NCBI GenBank assembly: GCA_033442325.1
Contig: JAWQFM010000032.1
Span: 275,096 to 301,852, forward strand
Length of the DNA: 26,757 nt
Direction: 5' to 3'
Source: Salpingoeca rosetta
Taxonomy: Eukaryota; Protista; Choanoflagellata
The translations under genes and the position numbers were made by a program. Below the pieces are notes generated by a model. That model made no database searches. It was not told the origin of the DNA and was given only the letters and a program-made list of their open reading frames with translations. Below are positions 1 through 15,473 of this stretch, piece after piece; position 1 is the stretch's first letter, and each line of letters opens with the position of its first letter.

Positions 1-29
1 GGTGGTGGTGGCGGTGATGATGATCATAA

Positions 30-63
<34 letters not shown>

Positions 64-119
64 GATGATGATGATGGTGGTGGTGGTGATGGTGATGATG
101 ATGATGATGGTGGTGGTGG

Positions 120-165
<46 letters not shown>

Positions 166-193
166 GATGATGATGATGATGTTGTTGTTGTTG
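1..193 (+). repeat. (GGT/GAT/GTT)n trinucleotide tract, probably intronic in the TIR gene
   Basis: Directly visible repeat; the next acceptor is at 455. Confidence 0.9.
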
Positions 194-455
194 TGTCGTT
201 TCAGTGCCGGTGATGGGTCGCGTGTTCGTGGTCGTGCAGACAATAGAGAAGCAGCAGTAGCAGCTGTTGTCACAAAAATACAATTTGTTTTGTTGTTCGC
301 GTGGCTTGTATCGTGACTTCACCATCACCATCACCATCACCATCACCATCTCATCTTCATCGTCACTGAACCGCGTCACGAACATCTTTTCCCCTCTTTT
401 CCCCTGTCCAACCAAATCAACGAACGCATCAACCCTCGTTCGCCGTTGGTGACAG

Positions 456-4522
<4,067 letters not shown>

Positions 4523-4596
4523 TGGCGCTCGTATCGGTGGTCGCGCTGATGGTAAACACACCAACATTCGCAAGTGTTGGTTTTGTGCGCGCTTTC

Positions 4597-4637
<41 letters not shown>

Positions 4638-5086
4638 TACTTGTGTATGTGTGTGCGTGTGCTTACTTGTGTATGTGTGTGCGTGCGTGCGTGCTGGCAC
4701 GTGTTGTTGTTTACTTCTGCGTGCTTGTTTGCATGTGATAATGTTTGCTTTAGCGCAAGTTCGTGTGGGCATGGTGCATGTTGTTGACTGTGCGTCGGGA
4801 CGGGCCTGTTGGGAGTGGTCTTAAAGTGATTTAGTGCACACGTTTCAATGCCACACTTGATGCAGTAAAGCGCATGACTTGCTTGGTATCAAAGGAAGAA
4901 CATTACACACCGCGCTTAAAAAACCTTGGCAATATTCACAAAGCAGACAGGCACAAAGCAACCAACATGCAAACAACATACACAAGCACGTGTGTTCACG
5001 CAACACGGCCTCATCGCACACTCTATCCGTCGCGCAAATGCACCCGTCTCCCCGTGTCCTGTTTTACATTTGTCGCCCCCCCCCCC

Positions 5087-5131
5087 CTCTACTCATCAGT
5101 GCTCGACTCATCAGTGCTCTACTCATCAGTG
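5087..5131. repeat. 3 x 15-bp tandem repeat CTC(T/G)ACTCATCAGTG overlapping the TRP stop codon
   Basis: Units at 5087-5101, 5102-5116 and 5117-5131. Confidence 0.9.
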
Positions 5132-5824
5132 AGTGCTGCGATCTTCTGCTCCAATGCGGACATTTTGTCCAGCATGGTCTTCATCATGGCGCGCATGTCC
5201 GCACTGTCATCACCGCCGCCGTCACGCAGTGATCGCGACACCGAAATGTCATCCGCATCCTGTGTCAACCAGCAGTGAATGGAGGGCAGCATGTGTATTT
5301 GTATGTGTGTGCATGAGAGAGAGTGTGTGTGTGTGGTTGAGAGAGAGTGTGTGTGTGTGGTTGAGAGAGAGAGTGTGTGTGTGTGTGTGTGCATGAGTGA
5401 GCTTGTCGTGTGATCGAAAGGGCACGGGAGTGGTGCTCACGTCATGCATGACGCAGACACACGCGCGCACGTACACACACATACACACCCCTCAAGCACA
5501 CAGATCTACTACACCCCTTGCACCACCACCACCCCTCCTCCACTTGCCCCCTCGTTCAAACCATGAGCTTACGTCGACGGAGGTGGCGTGGCGGAGGTGG
5601 CGCTCGACAAGATTGTTGGCCAGCTTGCGCAACTGCTCCTCTTCCTCGGCCTGGTCTGTACTCGAGTGACCCGTGTTCACCTGCACAACCGAGTGCACGC
5701 TGATGCCGGACATGCGTACGACGACCTCCAGTGGTTCAAGGATGAGATTCAGTGGTGCGGGCACGGCGGGGTAGCTCTGGAACTCCCGAATCAGACGCGC
5801 ACGCGCAAACTTCCTGTGTGTGTG

Positions 5825-5884
<60 letters not shown>

Positions 5885-5885
5885 A

Positions 5886-5917
<32 letters not shown>

Positions 5918-7550
5918 AGTTGTTGTTGTTGTTGTTGTTGTTTAAGTTGTTTAAGTTGTTTAAGTTGTTGTTGTTGTTGTTTAAGTTGTTTAAGTTGTTG
6001 TTGTTGTTTAAGTTGTTTAAGTTGTTGTTGTGTTGTTTAAGTTGTGTTGTTGTTAAGTTGTGTGTGTGTTAAGTGTTGTAGTGTTGTTGTTAAGTGTGTA
6101 GTGTGTGTTAAGTGTGTAGTGTGTGTTAAGTGTGTGTGTGTGTGNNNNNNNNNNNNNNNNNNNNNNNNNNNNNNNNNNNNNNNNNNNNNNNNNNNNNNNN
6201 NNNNNNNNNNNNNNNNNNNNNNNNNNNNNNNNNNNNNNNNNNNNGTTGTTTAAGTTGTTGTTGTTGTTGTTTAAGTTGTTTAAGTTGTTGTTGTTGTTTA
6301 AGTTGTTTAAGTTGTTGTTGTTGTTGTTTAAGTTGTTGTTGTTGTTTAAGTTGTTGTTGTTGTTGTTTAAGTTGTTGTAGTTGTTGTTGTTTAAGTTGTT
6401 GTAGTTGTTGTTGTTTAAGTTGTTGTAGTTGTTGTTGTTTAAGTTGTTGTTGTTGTTGTTGTTGAGGGTGAGCTCGCCATGAATGGAAGAGAGCTCGAGG
6501 AAGAGCCATACACACGCACATGCACACACACGCACATGCACACATGCACACACACAACCAGCACATATATCATGAACGCACCAGACAACGTCGCTGTTGT
6601 CGACAATGCGTTGATATGTGTTGGTGATGATGGCGATGAGGAGGTTGATCAGGAGAATAAACACAACCACCTGCAGCCAGATGTGCGTCATCACCAGCGG
6701 TAAGAGGGTTGATTCATTGTGAGGCTTGAAAGCATGGCAGTACGGGTTAACAGTTGTTGAAGAGCGAGTCACATTCTAAAACACGCGCTCATACATACAG
6801 ACACACACATGAACCCCACATACACACACATACACATGCACACATACACATGCACACATACACACCCAACGCGAGCATACGTATGAACACCACGTGCTCA
6901 CTGACCATGTATGCGCCAAAGAGGACTTCGCCAATGACACGGACTTCTGTTCCGCGCACGCCTTCAATGGTGGTGAAGGTTCCCAGTTCAATTAGGGCAA
7001 AGATGCCCCAAAACGTGGTACGCAGAGACGCCTCGAAGCTTCCAAATGCGGCAAGAGGCATTTCGTTGGCAGGAATGTCTTCGAGGTGCTCAAACACCTG
7101 CGCGGTTGGCAGTTGTGGTTGTGGTTGTATGGTGGCGATGGCAATGTGGTTTGTGGATGAGAGGGGTTGTGATGGCGAGGCAAACTTGCGGAGGGATGGT
7201 GACTATTACACACACACACACACGCACATGTGCGCACACACACATGTCCACAAACCTGCGCACACATGCACACATGCCCGTTCATATACGCGCATGCACA
7301 CACACACGCCCCCCCCCCCCCGCGCAGCACGGCACCTTTGTGAGGGCGACAGCAAACGCGAGCATGAAGACGAGAAGAATGGCGAGAAACACAACGAGGT
7401 CGCTGATGATCTGACGAATGCTAATCTGTTATACGGTGCGAGCAGCGGAAAAAGAGAGTGGGGTGAGAGAGGGGTTGCGAATATGCTGTGCATTTAACCA
7501 AAATCCTCAGACCCAAACACACACGCACACACTCACACACACGCAAACAT

Positions 7551-7617
<67 letters not shown>

Positions 7618-8980
7618 CGCGCTCACACACACGCGCGCGCGCACACATACACATAAACACAAACATACACACAAGCACACACATACACACATGCATACAC
7701 GCGCACCTGGAGCGGTCCGAGGAGGTGGTGGACTTCGAGGACGTTGAGAAAGCGGATGCAGGAGAGGAGGGCAGCGAGCGCGAGCGTGACGTTGGAGGCA
7801 AAGAGAAGATCATCACTGTCATCGCGGGAATTCCGGTCCGCATACAACACCACGCGCATGACAATGACAGCAAGATATAGCAGCTGGTTGGTGATGTCGA
7901 GCCAGTTCCACACGGACGCAAGATAGATGCGGCTCGGCGTCTGGTATATCTCGCGAGCCTCCTGGATGATGAGCGCTATCACCCACGCACCCAGCGCAAG
8001 CTCAACGCCGTTCGGTACAACCTGTGCACGTGTGTGTGTGTGTATGTGTGTGTGTATGTGTGTGTGTGTGTGTTTGCGAGTTTGGTATTAGCGCATGGGA
8101 AAAAAAGAAGCTTTTTCGAGCTGCTTTGGAACCATAAGCAGTGCAGTTGTACGTAGCTCAACAAGTAACGTGTACGCACACGTGCAAGCACACACGCACA
8201 CGCACATGCACGCACACACGCACACAAGCACACACGCACACATACACGTACGTGTGAGTCCTCTGTCGAAGCAACGATGAGGAGGACAAGGAAAAGGATG
8301 AACGAGGTCATGTGCCCCATAAACTTGACAAAGGGTGTGTGGCACAAGCGGACGTAGTCGCCGAGGCGGGAGAACTGAAGATTCTTCGGGGTCTGAAGCG
8401 CAAACAGAATGAGATAATACGGGAACACAAGTGGGAAGAAAATGTATTTGAGGACGACGCCAAAGAATTCCTTTCCGTAGACGCCCACGTACTGCCCGAG
8501 CCACAACTCTTTCATATACTCCTGTGAACGCGAGAACGTGCAAGTATGAGAGAGTGTGCATGTGTGTGCGTGTGTGTGTGCGTGTGAGAAAATGTGAGTA
8601 TGTGTGTGTGTGTGTTTGTGGAGGAGGTTGTTGCGTATGCGCGTATGCGCGCATGTACGCACAAGCAAACACATCACGCATCACACTACGCACACTACGC
8701 GCACACACACACACACACGTCACACACATGCACATGCACACACCACAAGCACGAACACACCTGGCAGTACGGGTGCGAGACGAAAAGGGTCTGGTCGTAT
8801 TTAAGGGCAAGGCCGAGGAGACCCGTGCCCTCTGCAAGCAATCGTCGAACCTGAAGCGGCCATAAGGTGACGGTGATAAGGTGGTGGTGGAGGTGACGGT
8901 GCAGCAGCCAACCAGCACCCATTCTATGTGCGTGTGTTGACCCGTTAAATGATGTATGCGACGCCCACACACGCGTACAC

Positions 8981-9028
<48 letters not shown>

Positions 9029-10425
9029 GCGCACGCGCGGCGTGACGTACGTCCCACATGTCGTTGCACGCTGCGAGAAGGTTGACGGCGAGGTCACGGC
9101 AGCGATCCCGCAGCCCGCTGTAGAAATGCTTTCGCTCCTCTTGGCGCTGATGTGGGGGCACGGTGGGCGTGGTGGAGGTTGATGCAGTGAGGAAGGAAGG
9201 AAGGAAGGTGAGCGGTGCGTGTTTGCGTTTGAAAGGAAGATGGTGCGACTGCAAGGTGCGATGCCAAGCACATCTTACGCTGCTCAATCAGCAGCGCAGC
9301 CCATAACCACACCATCCCAATGAACATATCACACCCATCACGATCAAAATCAAAACCACCGCTGTCATGTTTGCTACAACCACCACCAGTTGCGGTACCT
9401 GCGAGAGCATGTTGAGGTGGTAGCTGAGGCGGAAGCAGACGCGCAGCACCTCCGGAGCACAGCAGAGCATCTCGTCTTGGACCAGCAGCTCAATGGCATA
9501 GTCCTTCACGCCTGTAGCACGTGGCAGCCGTGAGGAGGGGGAAGTAGACGGGGGCCTCGATGAGGGTGCATGCGTGGATGTAGTATTTTTGTGTAGTGCA
9601 GTTTTGTGTGTATTTTGTGTGTAGTGTGTGTTTATGTGTGTAGTGTGTGTTTATGTGTGTAGTGTGTGTTTATGTGTGTAGTGTGTGTTTATGTGTGTAG
9701 TGTGTGTTTATGTGTGTGTTTATGTGTCTGTGCTCGTATGTCTGTGCATGTACCACCGCACAAGCATCACACACGCACAACCACACAAAGCAAGCGCGAT
9801 TGAATTACCTTCGAGAATGTTGGTAAGCGCGGTGAGGGTGTGGACGGGATCGGCGCCGGCACGGAGCAGCGCCTGTGGAGTGGTGGTGGCGGTGGTGGAA
9901 GAGGTGAAAGGGGATGGCCGGTAAATTGTAAACCGGTGGCAATAAGTGACGCATGACACAAAGTGTCCACAAGACACACACACACAGTGTCACACACGCA
10001 CATGCACACACACACACACAGTGTCATACACACAGTGTCACACACACACACACACACACAGCGTCACACACACACAGCATCACACAGACAGTGTCACACA
10101 CGCACGCAATCACACAATCGCACACCTTTGCAACATCGACGTGTTTGCGTGTGAGGGCTTCGTAGAGCGGATCCACGCCGCGCACATCGCCGATGTTAGG
10201 ATTTGCGCCCTCCTTCAGCAGCACTTCCGTGATGGCCTGCACGTGGTACCAGAAGGGGAGAGGGGGGAGTTGGAGGTGGTGAGGAGGCGGTGAGGGTTGA
10301 CGTGGAGTTCATTTGCATGGGCAGCAACAAATGTGTACACATATGCACATACACGACACCCACACACACACGCGCGCGCACGCGCACACACGACACCCCC
10401 CCCCCACCCACACGCACGCATACAC

Positions 10426-10483
<58 letters not shown>

Positions 10484-10981
10484 CACACACACACAGTCAC
10501 ACACACACACATACACACGTGCGTGCGTCACAGTACCAGGTTGCCCCTGCGCGCTGCACAGAGGAGAGGGGTCTTTCCGAAGACGTCGCGGAAGTTTGCG
10601 TCTGCGAGTTCGCTGAGCAGGGCAGTCACGTGGCCAAGGTCCTGGTCCGATGCGGCCTGCACCAGCTCCTGGCTGCAGACACGTGGTGCGCAATGTGCAA
10701 GGGGGAGATGTGAGGGAGGTGGGCAGGTGGAAGACTTCGGCGAAAGATGTTCGTGTGTGCTTGACAGTGACACACACACGCATACACACGCGCGTAAGCA
10801 GGGTAGTTACGCACACATGCGCACGTGCGCACATGTACGCGTGCACACGCGCCTTGCAATAGCAGCAGCAGCAGCAGCAGCAGCAGCACACATGTGCCAC
10901 TCACCCTTTCTGGACGCGAGCCATCTCATCCTGCATGTTTGCGTTGAGGTCGCTCATTTCAATCTCCTACGCAGCAGCAAG

Positions 10982-11015
<34 letters not shown>

Positions 11016-11766
11016 CACACACACACGCACACACACACACACACAAAACCACTTGAATGTGAGATGGATGCACAATGACAACGTGTGTACTCCATTCATG
11101 TGTTGAACGCACACCAAAGGCTCAAAGACACACGTTACGGAAGAACCGCTCGCGGCTGCCACGGCTGCTCTTCAGGGATTCTGTATGGGGAGAAGAGAGT
11201 TGTGCAACACCAGTACGCAATCAAGCACAGAGCTGTCAGTCGCGCAGCTACAAGTTCACCACGTGTGATGCCACGAGTGTTCCCATCACACGCACACACA
11301 CACACAGTCAAACACACACGCACACACAGTCACACACACACACAGTCCAACACACACAGTCCAACACACACAGTCACACACACACACACAGTCACACACA
11401 CACAGTCAAACACACACAGTCAAACACACACACGCGCGCGCACACAAAAGCACACAGCCAAACACACACACACAGTCAAACACACACACACGCGCGCATG
11501 CACATACGTTGCTCGTCCTGTTTGTCAGACACAGCACCGGGCATGCTCATCTCCGGCACTTGGTCCAGCGCCTCCTCCTCGAAGGCATCCTCTGTCACAA
11601 TGTCGCTGTCGTTGGCAGTGTAGGGTTGCACGGCATTGTCCCCGGTTGTGTGCACGTCATCTGCGGCGTCGTCCATCCTGCGACGGGCACGTTCGGCCTC
11701 TTCAGCGCCTTCGTTCGGGAGGTAGCACTGATGCGTCAAGCTTGCACACCTCTGCAAAAAGGCCAT
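5119..11766 (-). CDS. TRPC: TRPC-like transient receptor potential cation channel with N-terminal ankyrin repeats (~771 aa). Exons (5'->3'): 11766-11508, 11180-11134, 10966-10905, 10672-10537, 10236-10126, 9872-9809, 9511-9399, 9146-9051, 8850-8761, 8521-8252, 8021-7707, 7425-7336, 7097-6906, 6670-6582, 5813-5573, 5259-5119
   Basis: Phase-consistent GT-AG splicing. Ankyrin repeats: GKTPLLCAARRGNLAITEVLLKEGANPN, GVDPLYEAL..DVAKALLRAGADP. Linker helices: RVCFRLSYHLNMLS..CRDLAVNLL, LALKYDQTLFVSHPYCQ. Pre-S1/S1 PFVKFMGHMTSFILFLVLL; S3 WNWLD; S4-S5 LGPLQISIRQIISD; pore TFWGIFAL; S6 LLINLLIAIITNTYQ; TRP box W|KFAR followed by PAPLNLI; C-terminal coiled coil. The start codon and first three exons are less certain. 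Confidence 0.92.
5826..6463 (+). repeat. (GTT)n tract punctuated by TTTAA, interrupted by the assembly gap; intronic in the TRP gene
   Basis: Directly visible on both sides of the N-run. Confidence 0.9.
6145..6244. other. Assembly gap (100 N)
   Basis: Run of N. The flanking TRP exons join in phase as W|KFAR, so no coding exon appears to be lost. Confidence 0.98.
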
Positions 11767-12223
11767 TCAGCGCCGAGAGCAGCAAGCAAGTCTGAGCTGA
11801 CAGATCCCAACAACAGGCCACACATCCACCAACAGCGCAAGAGTGTGATGATCGTGTCAGTCAGCGATCGACACAAAGGAGGGCGATGAGAATGGGAGAA
11901 TCGGTGAGTGTCACACTCACTCCGTCGCTCCCTTCTTGGTGCAACCAGGAATAGCAGCAGGAGGCCAGCAAGCAAGCGAGCACACAAGCAAAGTGGAAAT
12001 ACCGCTCTCACCTCACACACCAGCCAGCACCCTCACACCCGCAACGTCGCACTGGCACACACGTGTATTGTTTTGCTGTCTGTTTGTGTCCAGTTTGGAT
12101 CTTCTTGTTGTGGCCAAAAACACACACAACATTTATTGTGGCAACGCCCACTTTTGCTCGCTGCAGGCCAACACGAACAACCAACGAGCAACAAGCAAGC
12201 CTGCCTGCAAGCCGCATGGCAAG
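11767..12223. promoter_or_regulatory. Putative divergent promoter region between the TRPC-like gene and the GH16 gene
   Basis: Head-to-head start codons ~460 bp apart; no core motif identified. Confidence 0.4.
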
Positions 12224-13012
12224 ATGGCGGCTTATCGCTTTCTCCTGCTAATTGTCGCACTGCTCTGGCTCCCGCTGCACGCTGGTGGCAGCAGTAGTGG
12301 GAACAGCAGCAGCGTGATGTTTGCTGGGTACGAGTGGGCGGTGCGAGAGAACGCAACACCGCAAGGGCCTGGCCCCAACATCTTCTCCAGAGACAACGTG
12401 CGCGTGGATGCGCAGGGGCGCCTGCTGCTGTCCCTTCGCAAAGTGAACGCCACAACACAGGCAGCATCAGCTGCAGTAGTGCCTGAGACAAAAGCAAGCA
12501 GCCAGCCAGCACACAACTACACGTGTGCCGAGGTGTCCCTGACCAGGCCGCTTGGATATGGCACATACTCCTTTGAAGTTGCCAAGGACGTGCATGCGCT
12601 TGGGCAGGGCGACCCTTTTATCGTTTTGGGTATGTTCCTTTACAAGGACGACACGCACGAGATTGACATTGAGGTGGCACAGTGGGGCAACCCAGACCCA
12701 AGCGCCGCCAACGGCGACTTTGTCGTGCAGCCTCCCACGGCAGACACAGCGCGGTACTGGCGCTTGTCAGCGACACGGCATGCTGTGTTTCGCTTCACCT
12801 ACGCGGCCTCCCACGTGGCATTTCTCGTGCAAGACGCTGACACGGGCGCAATGCTGACGCAATGGAACTGCACGGCAAGCTCAAAGATCCCCTCGAAGCA
12901 TTCCGACATGCTTGTGCACATCAACCTGTGGCTCTTCCGTGGCACCACGCTCAAGCTGACCCAAGATGTCGTCACTGTGCCCTTTTCCAACTTTACCTTC
13001 AGCCCCCTGTGA
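12224..13012 (+). CDS. Secreted glycoside hydrolase family 16 (GH16)-like protein, single exon, 262 aa
   Basis: Signal peptide MAAYRFLLLIVALLWLPLHA from ATG 12224. Motifs FAGYEWAVR..GPGPNIFS.DNVRVD..GRLLL, LGYGTYSFEV, LGMFLY, the catalytic EIDIE (12659-12673) followed by VAQWG, and VHINLWLF. No introns or microsatellites. Confidence 0.85.
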   Translation: MAAYRFLLLIVALLWLPLHAGGSSSGNSSSVMFAGYEWAVRENATPQGPGPNIFSRDNVRVDAQGRLLLSLRKVNATTQAASAAVVPETKASSQPAHNYTCAEVSLTRPLGYGTYSFEVAKDVHALGQGDPFIVLGMFLYKDDTHEIDIEVAQWGNPDPSAANGDFVVQPPTADTARYWRLSATRHAVFRFTYAASHVAFLVQDADTGAMLTQWNCTASSKIPSKHSDMLVHINLWLFRGTTLKLTQDVVTVPFSNFTFSPL

Positions 13013-13509
13013 TTGGACCATGCTCCATGCGATGCTCAGTGTGATGCTTGCGAAACAGTGTGAGTTGTGACGGCGTGGGTTGCTTTGCGGTTGCTCCGTT
13101 GCGCTGCAGTGGAGGCAGCAAGTCTTCTGAAGTTGTGCGTTGTGCATACTTCTCGTCTTCGCCTTCTTCCTTCCCCTTCCTTGTCGTTGAGTTGCTGTGC
13201 ATCGAGTCATAGCCGCCGCCGTATAATGAATGGAGCATCAGATCAAAACAAGCCTCGAATCACAACAAGCCGCAATGCACACAAGCAGTAACACTAGCAC
13301 TAGCACTAGCACTAGGACACGCATGCACACGCACGCACATACACACACACACACACGCATGCACGCACGCACGCACACATACACACACAATGCACACAAA
13401 CACACACACACACGCACACAATGCACACAAACACACACACACGCACACATACACACACAATGCACACACACACACACACACACGCCACTGTCACCACCAC
13501 TGAGAGGGC

Positions 13510-14727
13510 TCAACCGCAAAGGGGGTTGATGATGAGAAACTCAGTGAAGGTGTAAGGGACGCCAAAGATGGTACCATCATCCGCAATCACAGCCCCGTTG
13601 TACTTGTAAGAGCCAATGGGCAGGTCTGTGATGGTCGTCGTGTCTGCCGTTTCCGTCTCAGGGTCAAAGATGAGCACAGCCTTGCTGTAAGCTGGCAGCG
13701 CGTACAGCTTGCCGTTCTTGGCGATGACGCCGTCGCGCCACCTCGCTGCGCAGCATGGAAGCGGGCCAAGGTCGATGAGTGTGTAGGTGTAGGAGGCCGG
13801 GTCGATGCGAAGCATGGTTTGCGAGGACCAGGGGATGGCATAGATGTAGCCGTTCGGCGCCAGCACACCGCCGTGCCATTTGAGCGTTTCGCTGAAGCCC
13901 ATCATTGTCGTCATGTCAACGGTGTTGGTGAGGGGGTCGATGATGAGCACGGATGTGGCCGTGCCCGGGATGCCGTAGATGAGCCTGTTGTCGTCAGGGC
14001 CAGCGAGCACGGCGCCGAACCACTTGTTGTCCGTGGCCGGGAGGTTACCCAGGGTCGTGGTGTCTGTGGTCTTGGCCAGGGCATCGATGATGAGGACAGA
14101 CGTGGCCCCATCTGGCACAGCGTAGATCTTGTCGTTGTCGGCGAGCACGGCAGATTCCCACGCGTCAGTGTTGGCAGGCAAGCCAGTCAAGGTGGTGTTG
14201 TCGATGGTGTTGGTGGCTGGGTCGATGATGAGGACGTGGTCGGCGTGCTGTGGGGTGCAATAGATCTTCCTATCAGGACCCACGACGCCGCTTGCCCACT
14301 TGTATCCAGTCCCGAGGCCCGTGATGGTGGTGAGGTCCAAGCTCAGGGTTGTTGGGTCCAGGATAAACACGACGTCTGAGTTGGTGGGCACGCCGTAGAT
14401 TTTGCCGTTGGGCGCCAGCACGGCGTCCGACCACTTGTTCGCCATGACGGGGGTTGTCAGTGATGTGATGTCAACCGCGTGCAGGCTCGAGTTGAGCGCG
14501 CACAGTCCCTGTGTGAGACGGCGCTGGGCAACCTCTGCACGCAGCTCTGCGTCTCGCACACGCGCCACCACATCCACGCCATTCAGGAGCACGCGCTGCG
14601 TCGGATTGGATGTGTTCACGTGCAGATCCCCACGCATGTCTTCCTTTAGCGTTGCCTTCGCATGAGCACCACCGCAGCTGGCCAAGCACAATACGGCTGC
14701 CCCAATCACCACAACGCACTGCTGCAT
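13510..14727 (-). CDS. Secreted seven-repeat beta-propeller protein with N-terminal beta/coiled-coil segment, single exon, 405 aa
   Basis: Signal peptide MQQCVVVIGAAVLCLASCGGAHA. Seven ~45-aa repeats with consensus KWxGxVLAxNGKIYxIPxxxxxVLIIDPxTxTxDTTTxxxL (KWSDAVLAPNGKIYGVP, KWASGVVGPDRKIYCTP, AWESAVLADNDKIYAVP, KWFGAVLAGPDDNRLIYGIP, KWHGGVLAPNGYIYAIP, RWRDGVIAKNGKLYALP, KYNGAVIADDGTIFGVP). Clean uninterrupted ORF. Confidence 0.85.
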   Translation of the reverse strand: MQQCVVVIGAAVLCLASCGGAHAKATLKEDMRGDLHVNTSNPTQRVLLNGVDVVARVRDAELRAEVAQRRLTQGLCALNSSLHAVDITSLTTPVMANKWSDAVLAPNGKIYGVPTNSDVVFILDPTTLSLDLTTITGLGTGYKWASGVVGPDRKIYCTPQHADHVLIIDPATNTIDNTTLTGLPANTDAWESAVLADNDKIYAVPDGATSVLIIDALAKTTDTTTLGNLPATDNKWFGAVLAGPDDNRLIYGIPGTATSVLIIDPLTNTVDMTTMMGFSETLKWHGGVLAPNGYIYAIPWSSQTMLRIDPASYTYTLIDLGPLPCCAARWRDGVIAKNGKLYALPAYSKAVLIFDPETETADTTTITDLPIGSYKYNGAVIADDGTIFGVPYTFTEFLIINPLCG

Positions 14728-15010
14728 GGCTCAATCAAGGTGAAGTGGGTGAGGGGGGCGGGGTGTGTGTGTGATCGTGATGTGATGTTGTGTGATGTGC
14801 TGTGACGGTGATGGAAGGAAAGAAAGAGTTGAGAAGAGTGTGCACGAGCGAGGTGCTGAATCATACTGCTTGTTTGCTTGCTTGCAGGCAGCCGAAAGTT
14901 TGTAATAATGGCCTCGAATGATCCGACAACGCAAACAGGCAGACAAAGATAGAGACGCACAATGCACACACACACACACACACACAGATACACACGCACA
15001 CACACACAAG

Positions 15011-15434
15011 CTATTCCTTGGTGGTGATGCCCTGTGCTCTCAAGCTGTCAATGAATGCAGAGGCCTTTCCTCGGTAGCCGTCCTTGCCCGTGTGCCAGGT
15101 CACACGCTCAATCCCGCTCTCCTTGAGCCGCCGTGCTGTGTAAACGTCACACACAAACACGGAAACACACACACACACACACACACAGACACAGACACAG
15201 ACACGCACACACACACACACACACAGACACAGACACGCACACACACACACACACGCACGCATGCGTGAGAGAAGAAGCGTTGGGTGAGGCGTAGGGAAAG
15301 TGTGCGCCAACGAAGAGCAAGGACATTGACAAATTGTTGGAGTTCAAGAATAGATGGGGGCAACCAGGAGACGGCCAAAGGTACAACGACGCACACACAC
15401 ACACACACACACACACATGCACACACACGCACAC

Positions 15435-15473
<39 letters not shown>

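Noticed and set aside
6145-6244. Missing TRP exon in the N gap
   Set aside because: The flanking exons join in phase to give the intact SDVVW-KFAR TRP box.
5826-6463. Possible CRISPR array or telomeric repeat
   Set aside because: There are no unique spacers and no TTAGGG-type units; it is a simple compound microsatellite inside an intron.
11134-11140. Alternative TRP exon 2 donor (gtaacg, a few nt upstream in the transcript)
   Set aside because: It puts exon 3 out of frame with an immediate stop. The gtgtgt donor at 11133 keeps the frame.
11936-12223. Upstream extension of the GH16 ORF (358-aa version)
   Set aside because: It begins at a non-ATG codon. ATG 12224 directly precedes a clear signal peptide.
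13510-14727. Mobile element or prophage origin of the intronless island
   Set aside because: No transposase, integrase, terminal repeats or target-site duplication is visible.
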